Under the pieces are notes generated by a model. The model made no database searches. It was given only the letters and a program-made list of their open reading frames with translations, and was not told the DNA's origin. A stretch of 64,000 nt of DNA from Dehalococcoidia bacterium (GTDB taxonomy: Bacteria > Chloroflexota > Dehalococcoidia > Lucifugimonadales > UBA3495). Both the position numbers and the translations under genes were made by a program. Positions 41,591 to 50,637 of this stretch are shown here, in pieces; positions within the stretch are counted from its first letter, which is position 1, and every line of letters starts with the position of its first letter. The stretch is taken from NCBI GenBank assembly GCA_963667415.1, contig OY763410.1, positions 656,657 to 720,656 on the forward strand, given 5' to 3'.

Positions 41591-41869
41591 ATGGAAGTGA
41601 AAGCTAGGTACGCCAATGGGGTGCTGACGCCCCTCGACCCCCTCGAGCTTGAGGAGGGGTCTGTGGTCGTGGTGGACATCAAGCCTGCGTCCGCTCAAGC
41701 TCCCTATGGCGCTAGGTTGTATAGCGCCATGTCAGACATCCAGGAAGAATTGGAGCGTATCTATCAGCTTCCCGACGACGACCCCAAGAAATACACGATG
41801 CTCCTTGATACGGAAGATTTATATATCTACTTGGACAAGGAGATCAGGTATATGGAAAGCAAGGGATGA
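41591..41869 (+). CDS. antitoxin (DUF104/AF2212-like N-terminus) of a VapBC-type module
   Basis: 92 aa. MEVKARYANGVLTPLDPLELEEGSVVVVDI matches the DUF104 antitoxin pattern. It overlaps the PIN toxin gene by 4 nt (ATGA). Confidence 0.7.
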   Translation: MEVKARYANGVLTPLDPLELEEGSVVVVDIKPASAQAPYGARLYSAMSDIQEELERIYQLPDDDPKKYTMLLDTEDLYIYLDKEIRYMESKG

Positions 41870-42294
41870 TCGTGCCGGATGTCAACCTGCTGATATACGC
41901 ACACAATGAACAAGCCCCTGAGCACGATAACGCCTTGGATTGGTGGACAGGCTTGCTCGCGGGAACCGAGGCGATAGGGTTGCCGTGGGCCGTTTCGACA
42001 GGTTTCGTGAGAGTAATATCTAACCCAAGTGCCGTAAGACCTCCTTTGACAACTCTGGCTGCGGTAGACCAAGTGCAGAGTTGGTTGGAATACGACCACG
42101 TAACGCCCATTCAACCGGGCGCAAGTCATTTGGAATACTTCCGCCGCAATCTCACCGTTCAGCTTGGAGGGCCCAACCTGGTGCCGGACGCCCACATCGC
42201 CGCCCTGGCATTGGAGTACGACGCCAAAGTTCATTCCGCTGACACGGACTTCGGGCGTTTCCCCGGGGTCCGCTGGCGCAACCCATTGGCCTGA
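41866..42294 (+). CDS. vapC: PIN-domain ribonuclease toxin
   Basis: 142 aa with MIVPDVNLLIYAH...LVPDAHIAALALEYDAKVHSADTDFGRF, the PIN acidic residues in the Rv0301-like family pattern. Confidence 0.85.
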   Translation: MIVPDVNLLIYAHNEQAPEHDNALDWWTGLLAGTEAIGLPWAVSTGFVRVISNPSAVRPPLTTLAAVDQVQSWLEYDHVTPIQPGASHLEYFRRNLTVQLGGPNLVPDAHIAALALEYDAKVHSADTDFGRFPGVRWRNPLA

Positions 42295-42347
42295 CGGGAC
42301 GCACTTGGCCCGTTTGCGGCAACACATCTCAACTCTACGGAGCACCC

Positions 42348-43238
42348 ATGGAAATCGGAGTCATCTTTCCCCAGACTGAAATCGAGCCCGACGTCGCGGC
42401 TATACGCGACTTCGCTCAGGCCGCCCAGGAAATGGGCTACTCGTATTTCTTCGTCGCCGACCACGTGCTCGGGGCCGACGCCAGCGCCTACGACCACCCG
42501 CTTTTCGGCATGTACAACCACGAGTCGGTGGTGCACGAGTCGCTGACGACCATGGGCTACCTTGCCGCAGTCGTCCCCGGCATGGGCCTCATGACCGGCA
42601 TCCTCATCCTGCCCCAGAGGCAGACCGCCCTCGTCGCCAAGCAGGCCGCCGAGATCGACGTACTCTGCGGCGGCAAGCTGCGTCTCGGCATCGGCGTGGG
42701 CTGGAACTTCGTCGAGTACGAAGCCCTCGGAATGAACTTTCAGGACCGCGGCGCCCGCAGCGCGGAGCAGGTACAGCTCATGCGTGAGCTGTGGACCAAG
42801 GAGACGGTGGACTTCCACGGCAAGTGGCACGACATCACCCACGCCGGCATCAATCCCCTGCCCGTGCAGCGCCCCATACCCGTCTGGCTCGGCGTTGGCA
42901 GTCCGGCAGCACCCATTCCCCCCGACGTCGCCCTCCGCCGCGTCGCTCGCATCGCCGACGGCTGGTGCCCCAACTTCGGCCCTGACGAAGCCGGATACGC
43001 GATGCAGGAGAAGGTGCACGGCTACATGGCCGAATACGGCCGCGATCCGTCCGAGCTCGGACTCGACGGTCGCCTGAAAACCGCAGGCAACTCGCCCGAA
43101 GACTGGATTGAAGAGGTCGCCGGTTGGCGCACGATGGGCGCGTCTCACCTCTCCATCGAGAACCGCCGCGGAGGGCTGAAGACCGCTGACGACCATATCG
43201 ATATGATGCGCCGCTTCAGGGAAGCTGTGGAATTCTAG
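42348..43238 (+). CDS. LLM class F420-dependent oxidoreductase (Rv2161c-like subgroup)
   Basis: 296 aa with MEIGVIFPQTE...YSYFFVADHVLG...ILILPQRQTALVAKQAAEIDVLCGGKLRLGIGVGW. Confidence 0.85.
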   Translation: MEIGVIFPQTEIEPDVAAIRDFAQAAQEMGYSYFFVADHVLGADASAYDHPLFGMYNHESVVHESLTTMGYLAAVVPGMGLMTGILILPQRQTALVAKQAAEIDVLCGGKLRLGIGVGWNFVEYEALGMNFQDRGARSAEQVQLMRELWTKETVDFHGKWHDITHAGINPLPVQRPIPVWLGVGSPAAPIPPDVALRRVARIADGWCPNFGPDEAGYAMQEKVHGYMAEYGRDPSELGLDGRLKTAGNSPEDWIEEVAGWRTMGASHLSIENRRGGLKTADDHIDMMRRFREAVEF

Positions 43239-43252
43239 GTCCGCCTGATTCC

Positions 43253-43681
43253 ATGCGCCAGTTCCAGCCTCGCGACCCCGACTACGCCGACCGCGTCGCT
43301 GCCGCCTTCCGGGATGGGTCCACCGCCTCGCAGTGGGGCGGCGAACTCACGTCCGTCTCTCCCGGCGGGATGGAAATCGCGCTGACCTTCCGCGACGATG
43401 CCTCGGGCGGTCCAGGCATGTCGCATCGCAGCATCGTCGCAGGCCTATTGGACGATGCCTGCCTGCTGGCCGCACTCACACTGGCATCCCCCGGCGACCA
43501 GGTGCATACCATCGAGTACAAGGTGAACTTCCTGGCCGTGGCCACCGGCGAACAGGTCGTAGTCCGCGCCGAGGTGCTGCGCCCCGGTCGCACCATCACC
43601 GTGTGCCGTGCCGAAGCCAACTCCGGCGACACCCCAGTAGCCCGGATGCTGGCCACCCTGTCCGTTTCCCGACCCGGATAG
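43253..43681 (+). CDS. PaaI-family hotdog-fold thioesterase
   Basis: 142 aa with the pattern GGMEIALTF...SIVAGLLDDA...HTIEYKVNFL...V.A.VLRPGRTITVCRAE. Confidence 0.75.
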   Translation: MRQFQPRDPDYADRVAAAFRDGSTASQWGGELTSVSPGGMEIALTFRDDASGGPGMSHRSIVAGLLDDACLLAALTLASPGDQVHTIEYKVNFLAVATGEQVVVRAEVLRPGRTITVCRAEANSGDTPVARMLATLSVSRPG

Positions 43682-43790
43682 ACGACTTGCATTCACCCGT
43701 TGGGAAAGGCAGGAAGGCTCCAGCACCCGGCAGTGGCGCGGCCATCCGGTGTTTGCTACACTCGAACCACCAACCCGAAAGGAGACCACG

Positions 43791-44567
43791 ATGATCGGAC
43801 AGCTAGTTCGCTACGAATTGCAGGAAGGAGTTGCCTTCCTCACCCTCAACAACCCCGGCCGCCGCAACGCCCTGTCATCGGAGCTTCTGGGCGAGCTAAA
43901 AGAGCTGCTCCGCGAATTCGAAACTGACGACTCCGTACGCGTCGTGGTGCTGCGTTCCGAGGGCCCCGTCTTCAGTTCCGGCCACGACCTGAACGAGATC
44001 ATCGACCGCGACGCCGAGGCCTACACCGCCGTCTTCGCCCTCTGCACCGAGGTCATGGAGGCCATTCGCCTGCTGCCTAAGCCGGTCATCGCCCAGGTGC
44101 AGGGCCTCGCCACTGCCGCCGGCTGCCAGCTCGTCGCCACCTGCGACCTCGCCGTCGCCGCCGAGTCCGCCGCCTTCGCCACCCCCGGCGTGCAGATCGG
44201 CCTGTTCTGCACCACCCCCGGCGTGGCATTGGCTCGTTCCGTCGCCACGACGAAGAAAGCCATGGAGATGCTGCTGACCGGCACGCCCGTCTCGGCGTCC
44301 GAAGCTCTCGAGATCGGTCTCATCAACCGCGTGGTTTCCGACGACGAACTCGACGCCAACGTGGCTGCCCTCGCCAGCCAGATAGCCTCCGCCAGCGCCC
44401 AGACTCTCGCCGTGGGCAAGCCCGCCTTCTACCGGCAGATCGAGCTCGACCGCCCCGCCGCTTACGAGATGGCCCAGAAGGTGATGGTCGACAACCTCTT
44501 GAAGGAAGACGCCCACGAAGGCATCACCGCCTTCCTCCAGAAGCGCGACCCGGAGTGGAAGTACTGA
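43791..44567 (+). CDS. enoyl-CoA hydratase/isomerase (crotonase) family protein
   Basis: ATG 43791 follows GAAAGGAGA. The sequence has LTLNNPGRRNALS, FSSGHDL and AQVQGLATAAGCQLVATCDLAVAA. Confidence 0.9.
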   Translation: MIGQLVRYELQEGVAFLTLNNPGRRNALSSELLGELKELLREFETDDSVRVVVLRSEGPVFSSGHDLNEIIDRDAEAYTAVFALCTEVMEAIRLLPKPVIAQVQGLATAAGCQLVATCDLAVAAESAAFATPGVQIGLFCTTPGVALARSVATTKKAMEMLLTGTPVSASEALEIGLINRVVSDDELDANVAALASQIASASAQTLAVGKPAFYRQIELDRPAAYEMAQKVMVDNLLKEDAHEGITAFLQKRDPEWKY

Positions 44568-44571
44568 CCCG

Positions 44572-45000
44572 CTAAATCACCACCAGGTGCTCTTCCGTTG
44601 CCCCTCGCACTGCGGCCAGCGGAATGCGCCTGTCGAGGGTGACAAGTCTCGCGCCGTGGGCAACAGCGAGGGCCAGTAGATAAACGTCGGTGAGCTGTCT
44701 ATATCCAGACAGGTGGCGGAAATCTACCGTTGCGTCGTCCAAAATGCTGATATTGTCGGTGAAGAAATGGTGAGACTGACTGGACACAGCAACCCGCAAT
44801 AGATCAAGGGCCGCCATGATATTCAGCGGGCGAGGGTATTGTGGCTGGGACAAAATGCGGAGGCATCCGTTTTGCGTCAATGGGCAGGAAGCCCACCCTT
44901 TTTCCGAGTTGGTGCTGAACCAAGTAGATACGACCGCGTGATCGTCGTGATTCATGTCAAGCAACGCGATGAGGCAGCTTACGTCATACAGCGACCGCAA
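44572..45000 (-). CDS. vapC: PIN-domain ribonuclease toxin
   Basis: 142 codons from TTG 45000. LYDVSCLIALLDMNHDDH...LTDVYLLALAVAHGARLVTLDRRI fits the PIN pattern. The gene is AT-richer than its flanks. Confidence 0.8.
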   Translation of the reverse strand: MRSLYDVSCLIALLDMNHDDHAVVSTWFSTNSEKGWASCPLTQNGCLRILSQPQYPRPLNIMAALDLLRVAVSSQSHHFFTDNISILDDATVDFRHLSGYRQLTDVYLLALAVAHGARLVTLDRRIPLAAVRGATEEHLVVI

Positions 45001-45003
45001 ATT

Positions 45004-45207
45004 TCAAATATCCAGGTCGTCTCGAATCTGGTTTACCATTTCGTTAGTTACTACGTAGTCGCTGAGAGGAATAGTCTTGATTCCATATCGCTCTAGATCG
45101 ACTGCTTCAATCGGTCGTATTTCAATCTCCACGCTCAGCCCCTCAAGTAAGTGCAACGGCTCATCGAACACTATGGTCTGACCCTTGACTTTTCCCCGCA
45201 GTTTCAT
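45004..45207 (-). CDS. antitoxin partner of PIN toxin (DUF104-like)
   Basis: 67 aa (MKLRGKVKGQTIVFDEPLHLLEGLSVEIEI...). Its stop lies 3 nt before the toxin start. Confidence 0.65.
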   Translation of the reverse strand: MKLRGKVKGQTIVFDEPLHLLEGLSVEIEIRPIEAVDLERYGIKTIPLSDYVVTNEMVNQIRDDLDI

Positions 45208-45430
45208 CGCCCTTTCCTCTGAGACTTCTTCGTTTCATTCTACCCCATACGACCGTCCCGTCTAAATTCACTCGCCACAACAGTCCTACTGTCGAGTGGC
45301 AAGATTAACCTCCGGACAAAGCAAATCCGCGGCTATGTCTGGCGCTCTTCCCGTGGTCGAGACAAGCGTTCTCCAGCCACTCCGCGGAATTCACGATTGC
45401 CGCCAGGCTATGCGCCGACCGCGTTGATCC

Positions 45431-46510
45431 CTAGAACGTGATCACGCTCCGCGCCACGCTGCCTTCCTTCATGTACCCGAAGGCGTCGTTGATGTCCTCC
45501 AGGCCGATGCGACGCGACACCAGTTCGTCCAGCTTCAACCGGCCCTGCAGGTAGAACTCCACGTACTGCGGCATGTGCGTTCGAAAGTGGTTCGACCCCA
45601 TGCTGCTGCCCTGGATGCGCTTCTCGCGCAGGAATGACGGGCCGTCCAGCTCGATCTTCGTGCCCTGGGGGATCATACCGATGACTGTGGCAGTGCCACC
45701 GGCCCGCAGCATGTGGAACGACTGCTCGGCCGTTTCCTTCTTGCCGATGGCCTCGAAAGAGTAGTCAACGCCTCCGTTGGTCAGGTCCCTGACCTTATCC
45801 ACCACGTCTCCGCCCGATGCATCGATCACGTCGGTGGCTCCGAACTCCTGGGCCAGCGACAGCTTCGTCTCCACCGCATCGATGGCGATGATGCGCAGCG
45901 CACCGGCCAGCGCCGCGCCCTGGATAGCGTTCAGGCCCACGCCGCCGCAGCCGATGACTGCCACGGTGCTGCCGGGTCGCACGGCCGCCGTGTTCAGCGC
46001 CGCGCCCAGGCCGGTGGTCGCCCCGCAGCCGATGAGCGCCAGCTGCTCGAACGGCACATCCCGGTCGATCCTTACCACCGCGTTCTCGTGCACCAGCATC
46101 TGCTCGGCGTATGCAGACAGGTTGGCGAACTGCATCACCTCCTCACCGCTCTGGCTGAGGCGGGGCGTCTCGTTGCGTCCCCGGGTCAGCCCGGTGCGCG
46201 AGCACAGCACTGTGCGGCCCTCGGTGCACCGTTCGCAGGTGCCGCAGAAGACCGACAGGCAGGTGATGACCCGGTCGCCGGGCTTCACGTAGTCCACCAG
46301 GTCGCCCACCGCCTCGATGGTCCCCGCCGCCTCGTGCCCCAGGATTATTGGCGTCGGCGTCGAGTACAGACCCTCGACGAAATGCAGGTCGCTGTGGCAC
46401 ACGCCCGAGGCCCCGGTTCGCACCAGCACCTCCCGAGGGCCTGGTGATGCCACATCAATTTCCTCGATTTCCAGGGGCTGGTTTACTTCCCGCATCACTG
46501 CTGCTTTCAT
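45431..46510 (-). CDS. zinc-dependent alcohol dehydrogenase (class III / MDR family)
   Basis: 359 aa with GVCHSDLH, GHEAAGTIEAVG, CGTCERC and the GxGxxG segment VIGCGGVGL. Confidence 0.9.
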   Translation of the reverse strand: MKAAVMREVNQPLEIEEIDVASPGPREVLVRTGASGVCHSDLHFVEGLYSTPTPIILGHEAAGTIEAVGDLVDYVKPGDRVITCLSVFCGTCERCTEGRTVLCSRTGLTRGRNETPRLSQSGEEVMQFANLSAYAEQMLVHENAVVRIDRDVPFEQLALIGCGATTGLGAALNTAAVRPGSTVAVIGCGGVGLNAIQGAALAGALRIIAIDAVETKLSLAQEFGATDVIDASGGDVVDKVRDLTNGGVDYSFEAIGKKETAEQSFHMLRAGGTATVIGMIPQGTKIELDGPSFLREKRIQGSSMGSNHFRTHMPQYVEFYLQGRLKLDELVSRRIGLEDINDAFGYMKEGSVARSVITF

Positions 46511-46570
46511 AGCTCACCTGTCTCAATTTCTATTGGCGTGGATTGAATTTAACCGTCGAACCTGAGTCTG

Positions 46571-47728
46571 TCAAAGCTGTCCCGTACCAAGTCCCTCAAT
46601 CCACGGCATCACCACCCGCTCGTTGACTCCCGAGCAGTGCGAGTGTCCCCACTCCGGCAGCTCCTCGTACCGCGCGTCATACCCCAGCCGCTGCAGCAGG
46701 GCATGGCCCGTCCGTATCTGCTCCACCGGGAATATGTGGTCGTGGGCCCCGTGCACGATGCAGATGGGCAGTTCGATCCCCTGCTTGCGGCGCAGCAAAT
46801 CGTCCATCATCCCGGTGAAGTCGCCCGCCACCGGCGCAATTCCGGCGAACAGGTCAGGCCTGCCCAGTCCCAACAGGTACGTGAACGTCCCGCCGTCCGA
46901 CAGCCCCGACAGGTATACCCGACTTCGGTCCACCTCGTATTCCGCGCATACCTCATCCAGCATGGCCGCAATCGAAGATATGTCGCGCCCCGGCTGCAGA
47001 ATCGACCACGTTACGTCCAGCGACTTGGGCGCCAGTATCATGTAGCCCTTGCTCTTGGCTGGCCGCAGCCACGACCACAGGTAGTGGTCGCCTCGCCCGT
47101 ATGCCCCGTGCAGGCTCACGATGAGCGGCCACTTCCGACTGGGCGAGTAGCTTTCCGGCACGAACAGCGAGTAGTCCGCCATCGGAGCGCCCCGCCTGCG
47201 GTGAATCACACCTACCGGAAAATCGTCGTCTGGCGATGCTGTTTCCAGCGCTTCCTCGTTCGCCACCGCCTCGGACAGCAGCCAGTATTGCCGCAGCGTC
47301 GGCGTGTGCTCCCGGATGCCGTAAAGCAGGTTGTAGCCGCGGTACAAAGCCCGCCGCATATCCAGCCCGGCCAGCGAATAGCCGCTTTCGTTCGCGCTCA
47401 GGAACGTCTGCGCTGCATTGCCCAGGTGCCGGACCGCCGCTGACAGCCCTTCGTGCAACCCGCGCATTTCGTCAGGGGGAGTTGCCTGTCCAAGGGCGAC
47501 GGCCAGCTCGGCTAACCCGTCGGGCGCAACTTCCCGCAGCTGCGATTGAAACTCGCCCAGCCGCTCGATTCGAAAGTTCTCCTGTATAGACTCGAAAGTC
47601 CGCAGAAACGCCAGCAGCGTTTTCTCCGAGTTTCCAACGGTGTCCTTATACTGCTCGCCCGTCATGTAACTGTCCTGATTTCGGCTGAATGACTTGGCGA
47701 TGGTAGTTGTCCTCGCAATTTCGGTCAA
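46571..47728 (-). CDS. alpha/beta-fold esterase (PHB depolymerase / carboxylesterase-like) with N-terminal extra domain
   Basis: 385 aa with PLIVSLHGAYGRG, the nucleophile elbow GLSDGG and the C-terminal HGAHDHIFP. Confidence 0.75.
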   Translation of the reverse strand: MTEIARTTTIAKSFSRNQDSYMTGEQYKDTVGNSEKTLLAFLRTFESIQENFRIERLGEFQSQLREVAPDGLAELAVALGQATPPDEMRGLHEGLSAAVRHLGNAAQTFLSANESGYSLAGLDMRRALYRGYNLLYGIREHTPTLRQYWLLSEAVANEEALETASPDDDFPVGVIHRRRGAPMADYSLFVPESYSPSRKWPLIVSLHGAYGRGDHYLWSWLRPAKSKGYMILAPKSLDVTWSILQPGRDISSIAAMLDEVCAEYEVDRSRVYLSGLSDGGTFTYLLGLGRPDLFAGIAPVAGDFTGMMDDLLRRKQGIELPICIVHGAHDHIFPVEQIRTGHALLQRLGYDARYEELPEWGHSHCSGVNERVVMPWIEGLGTGQL

Positions 47729-47807
47729 CCTTTGCCGACGAATAGCATTGCGCCTATAATCCTGTCCAACCGATACCGTAAAAGACGAACCGGAAGGAGA
47801 CTGGACT

Positions 47808-48629
47808 ATGGCGACTGCAAGTGTGAACGGCGCGGAACTCTACTACGAGGAATCCGGCAGCGGCCCTCCCATCATCCTGTCCCCGGGCGGATTGCAGGGC
47901 GTGGCCAGCAGCTACGGGCCGGTTATCGAGGCCCTGTCACAGGAGCACCGCGTCATCGTCTACGACCGGCGCTTCGGCGGCCAGTCCCGCAGCCCCATGG
48001 TGGTGCAGACTTGGGACATGGTTTGCGACGACGTCTTCGGGCTGCTGGACGCCCTGGACATCGAGCAGGCCTACCTCGGCGGGGGCTCCTTCGGCGCTGC
48101 CATATCCTTCGGCTGCGCCTCTCGCCGCCCCGAGCGTGTCCGCGCCATCTTCCCCTCCAACATTGCCGGCGGAGTCATCTGCGACGGCTACCTAACCTCC
48201 AAGCTGTTCAAGAGCATGGAGATTGCTGCAGCCGACGGAATCGGCGCGGTGATAGACGCCTTCGATGCCGACGACCGGTTCGCGCCCTTCAGCCCCGAGA
48301 TTGCCCAGACCGACGCCGATTACCGTCGGGAACTGGAAGCAATGGACACCGAGGAGTTCATCCAGGTGATGCGCGACACCATCTATGCCCTTTTCGGCCC
48401 GCTGTACCCCACCCTCGGCAGCACCAAGCAGATGCTGGGCAGCATCCGCGTCCCCACGATGATCATGCCGGGCTGGAACGACGTCCACCCACGCGCCGTG
48501 GCCGAGATGGCCCACCGGCACGTCCCCAACAGCCAGTGGGGCGAGTGCAAGCCGCACTCGGACGAACCCGAAAAGTATGCCAAGCGAGTGATCCAGTTCC
48601 TCTCCCAGGTCGAATCCAACGGCGCCTAG
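47808..48629 (+). CDS. alpha/beta hydrolase
   Basis: 273 aa with LYYEESGSGPPIIL, the GGGSFGA nucleophile elbow and a C-terminal His region. Confidence 0.85.
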   Translation: MATASVNGAELYYEESGSGPPIILSPGGLQGVASSYGPVIEALSQEHRVIVYDRRFGGQSRSPMVVQTWDMVCDDVFGLLDALDIEQAYLGGGSFGAAISFGCASRRPERVRAIFPSNIAGGVICDGYLTSKLFKSMEIAAADGIGAVIDAFDADDRFAPFSPEIAQTDADYRRELEAMDTEEFIQVMRDTIYALFGPLYPTLGSTKQMLGSIRVPTMIMPGWNDVHPRAVAEMAHRHVPNSQWGECKPHSDEPEKYAKRVIQFLSQVESNGA

Positions 48630-48943
48630 CCGCTGAATTCGCTTAAGGGAATTTCCGCTGGTTCAGGGATCAGAGGCTCGATATGACTCACATCAGTCGA
48701 GCCTCTCGCCTTTTCAAGGTCATACATCCTCTGCAGGTTCATCCAGGACTCCGGCGTCATTCGCAGTGCCTTGCCGATACGCATTGCCGTGTCCGCTGAA
48801 ATTGACCGAGTACCGTGAACTATCTCGTTGATGCGGCGCGGCGAAACTCCGATGGTAGTCGCCAGACGATATTGGCTTATTTCTAACTCTTCCAGTATTT
48901 CTGCTAAGTGTTCTCCTGGATGGATGGGAGCAGTGTAGTCCAA
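48626..48943 (-). CDS. higA: HigA-family antitoxin (XRE helix-turn-helix)
   Basis: 105 aa with IHPGEHLAEILEELEISQYRLATTIGVSPRRINEIVHGTRSISADTAMRIGKAL, typical of HigA. Confidence 0.88.
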   Translation of the reverse strand: MDYTAPIHPGEHLAEILEELEISQYRLATTIGVSPRRINEIVHGTRSISADTAMRIGKALRMTPESWMNLQRMYDLEKARGSTDVSHIEPLIPEPAEIPLSEFSG

Positions 48944-48956
48944 GACCTTCGCCTCC

Positions 48957-49235
48957 CTAGTGGTAGTCCACTATTTCGATTTCCCTGGCGCCCTCATGAG
49001 TCCAACTAAAGCAGACTCTCCATTGGTCGTTAATGCGAATGCTGAATTGGCCCTCGCGGTTCCCCCTGAGCATTTCCAAACGCATGGATGGAGGAACAGT
49101 CAAGTCCAGCAGGTCATCTGCTGTCATAACACGCTGAAGCCTCGTCCGGGCCCTCCTCATGACGTCCGGCGGTAGCCGACGTGAGAACTGGCCTAAGAAT
49201 ATAAGCTCCGTCTCTCTGTCAGCGAATACCCTCAA
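48957..49235 (-). CDS. higB: HigB-family toxin (RelE/ParE superfamily, plasmid-maintenance killer type)
   Basis: 92 codons from TTG 49235, ending ...LRGNREGQFSIRINDQWRVCFSWTHEGAREIEIVDYH. The toxin-first gene order is typical of HigBA. Confidence 0.8.
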   Translation of the reverse strand: MRVFADRETELIFLGQFSRRLPPDVMRRARTRLQRVMTADDLLDLTVPPSMRLEMLRGNREGQFSIRINDQWRVCFSWTHEGAREIEIVDYH

Positions 49236-49305
49236 ATTATAATAACACTCGACGTTAATAACGCAATACGCAATGACGTGGCTTGCAGCTCAAAGGGCCT
49301 TGCCG

Positions 49306-50637
49306 CTACACCGTCACCCCCGTGAAGTTGAAGCTGCCCAGCTTCAGCGCAGGCACCCGGGTGGCGAAGCCGACCTCGTTCAGCACCAGCTTGGCCTCGT
49401 CGCCCACTCCCTCCACGCTGTTAAGCGCATCCACGTACGACTGCGTGAAACGCAGGTCCTTCACCGGGTGCTGTATCTCGCCGTCTTCGATCAGGAACGT
49501 GCCGTCCCGGGTCATGCCTGTCATCACGCAGCCCTTGTTGTGCGACAGCCGAGTGTAGAAGAACCGCGTGATGTACAACCCCCGCTCCGTCGACGCGATC
49601 AGCTCCTCGACCGACTTGTCCCCGGCCCGCATGAATATGTTGGATGCGATGGGCGGGCCGACGAAATATGACTGGTGCCCGGTCGAACCCACTCCGTCCT
49701 GCGCCGCGGTGTACGTGTTGTGCACCGGCCCGTTGACCACTCCACTTTCGACAAGTTCCACCCGGTGGCGCGGCACTCCCTCCACGTCGAATGGCACCGG
49801 CCAACCGTCCAGCGACCCCCCGTCGTCCCAGATGGACACCGATTCGCTCATCGCCCGTGTGCCCAGCAGGTCGCACATCCAGCTCCTGCCCTCCTGTACC
49901 GCTTGCGCGCCCATCCCGTACAGCGACAGCGCCTCCAGGATGTCGTCGACCGCGTAGTGGTCCAGCACCACCGTGTACTCTCCCGGAGACACCGGCTGCG
50001 GGTCGCGACCCCGCACCGCCTTGTCCACCGCCTCTGATGCCAGGGCCGGATAGTCGATCCCGTCCAGCCGCCACGACCCGCCCTTGGCCCACCCGGCCGA
50101 TGTGTCGCTTCGTGTCGTGATGATCAGCCCGGCGAAGGTCCCGGCATGGTACGCGCGGACGCCCCGGCTGCTCACCACCGCTATCTCCTGCACGCCCGTG
50201 CGGCAGGCACCGGCTGTGTCCAGCCCCTCGGCCGCCCCCTGTCGGCACACCTCGCCGACCATCTGCGCCCGCGTCATCGGAGAGCAGGCGGCTGCCGACT
50301 CATCCCAGCTCGCCACCCGCGATGCGGCCTGCGGCTCCGGCAGTCCGGGGAACGCCGGGTCCTCCGGCATCAGCAGGGCGTTCCGCTTCGCCGCCTCCAT
50401 CGCCCGCCGTATGCCATCATCGGAATGGTCGTTGGTCGTCGCCCGTCCCAGCCTCTGCCCCTCGACCGCTCGGATATTCAGCGTCACATTGCTGTGGGAA
50501 ACATTCTGGTGAATGGCGTTGCCCGCAAACCTGGTCAGCCCCAGGTCCTGGCTGCTCAGGTAGATGTCAGCCTGCTCTGCCGTCGATAGCGACAGCGCCC
50601 GCTCCAGCAGCGCCAGTGCTGCATCTTCGCCGATCAT
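49306..50637 (-). CDS. pmbA: TldD/PmbA-family metalloprotease (PmbA/TldE-like subunit)
   Basis: ATG 50637 overlaps the tldD stop as ATGA. The product begins MIGEDAALALLERALS... and is 443 aa. The tracked N-terminal extension was rejected. Confidence 0.85.
   Translation of the reverse strand: MIGEDAALALLERALSLSTAEQADIYLSSQDLGLTRFAGNAIHQNVSHSNVTLNIRAVEGQRLGRATTNDHSDDGIRRAMEAAKRNALLMPEDPAFPGLPEPQAASRVASWDESAAACSPMTRAQMVGEVCRQGAAEGLDTAGACRTGVQEIAVVSSRGVRAYHAGTFAGLIITTRSDTSAGWAKGGSWRLDGIDYPALASEAVDKAVRGRDPQPVSPGEYTVVLDHYAVDDILEALSLYGMGAQAVQEGRSWMCDLLGTRAMSESVSIWDDGGSLDGWPVPFDVEGVPRHRVELVESGVVNGPVHNTYTAAQDGVGSTGHQSYFVGPPIASNIFMRAGDKSVEELIASTERGLYITRFFYTRLSHNKGCVMTGMTRDGTFLIEDGEIQHPVKDLRFTQSYVDALNSVEGVGDEAKLVLNEVGFATRVPALKLGSFNFTGVTV

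Noticed and set aside
49236-49241. Perfect TATAAT on the minus strand as the higB -10 box
   Set aside because: It directly abuts the higB TTG start codon, so transcription initiating from it would start inside the gene. It is probably just AT-rich sequence.
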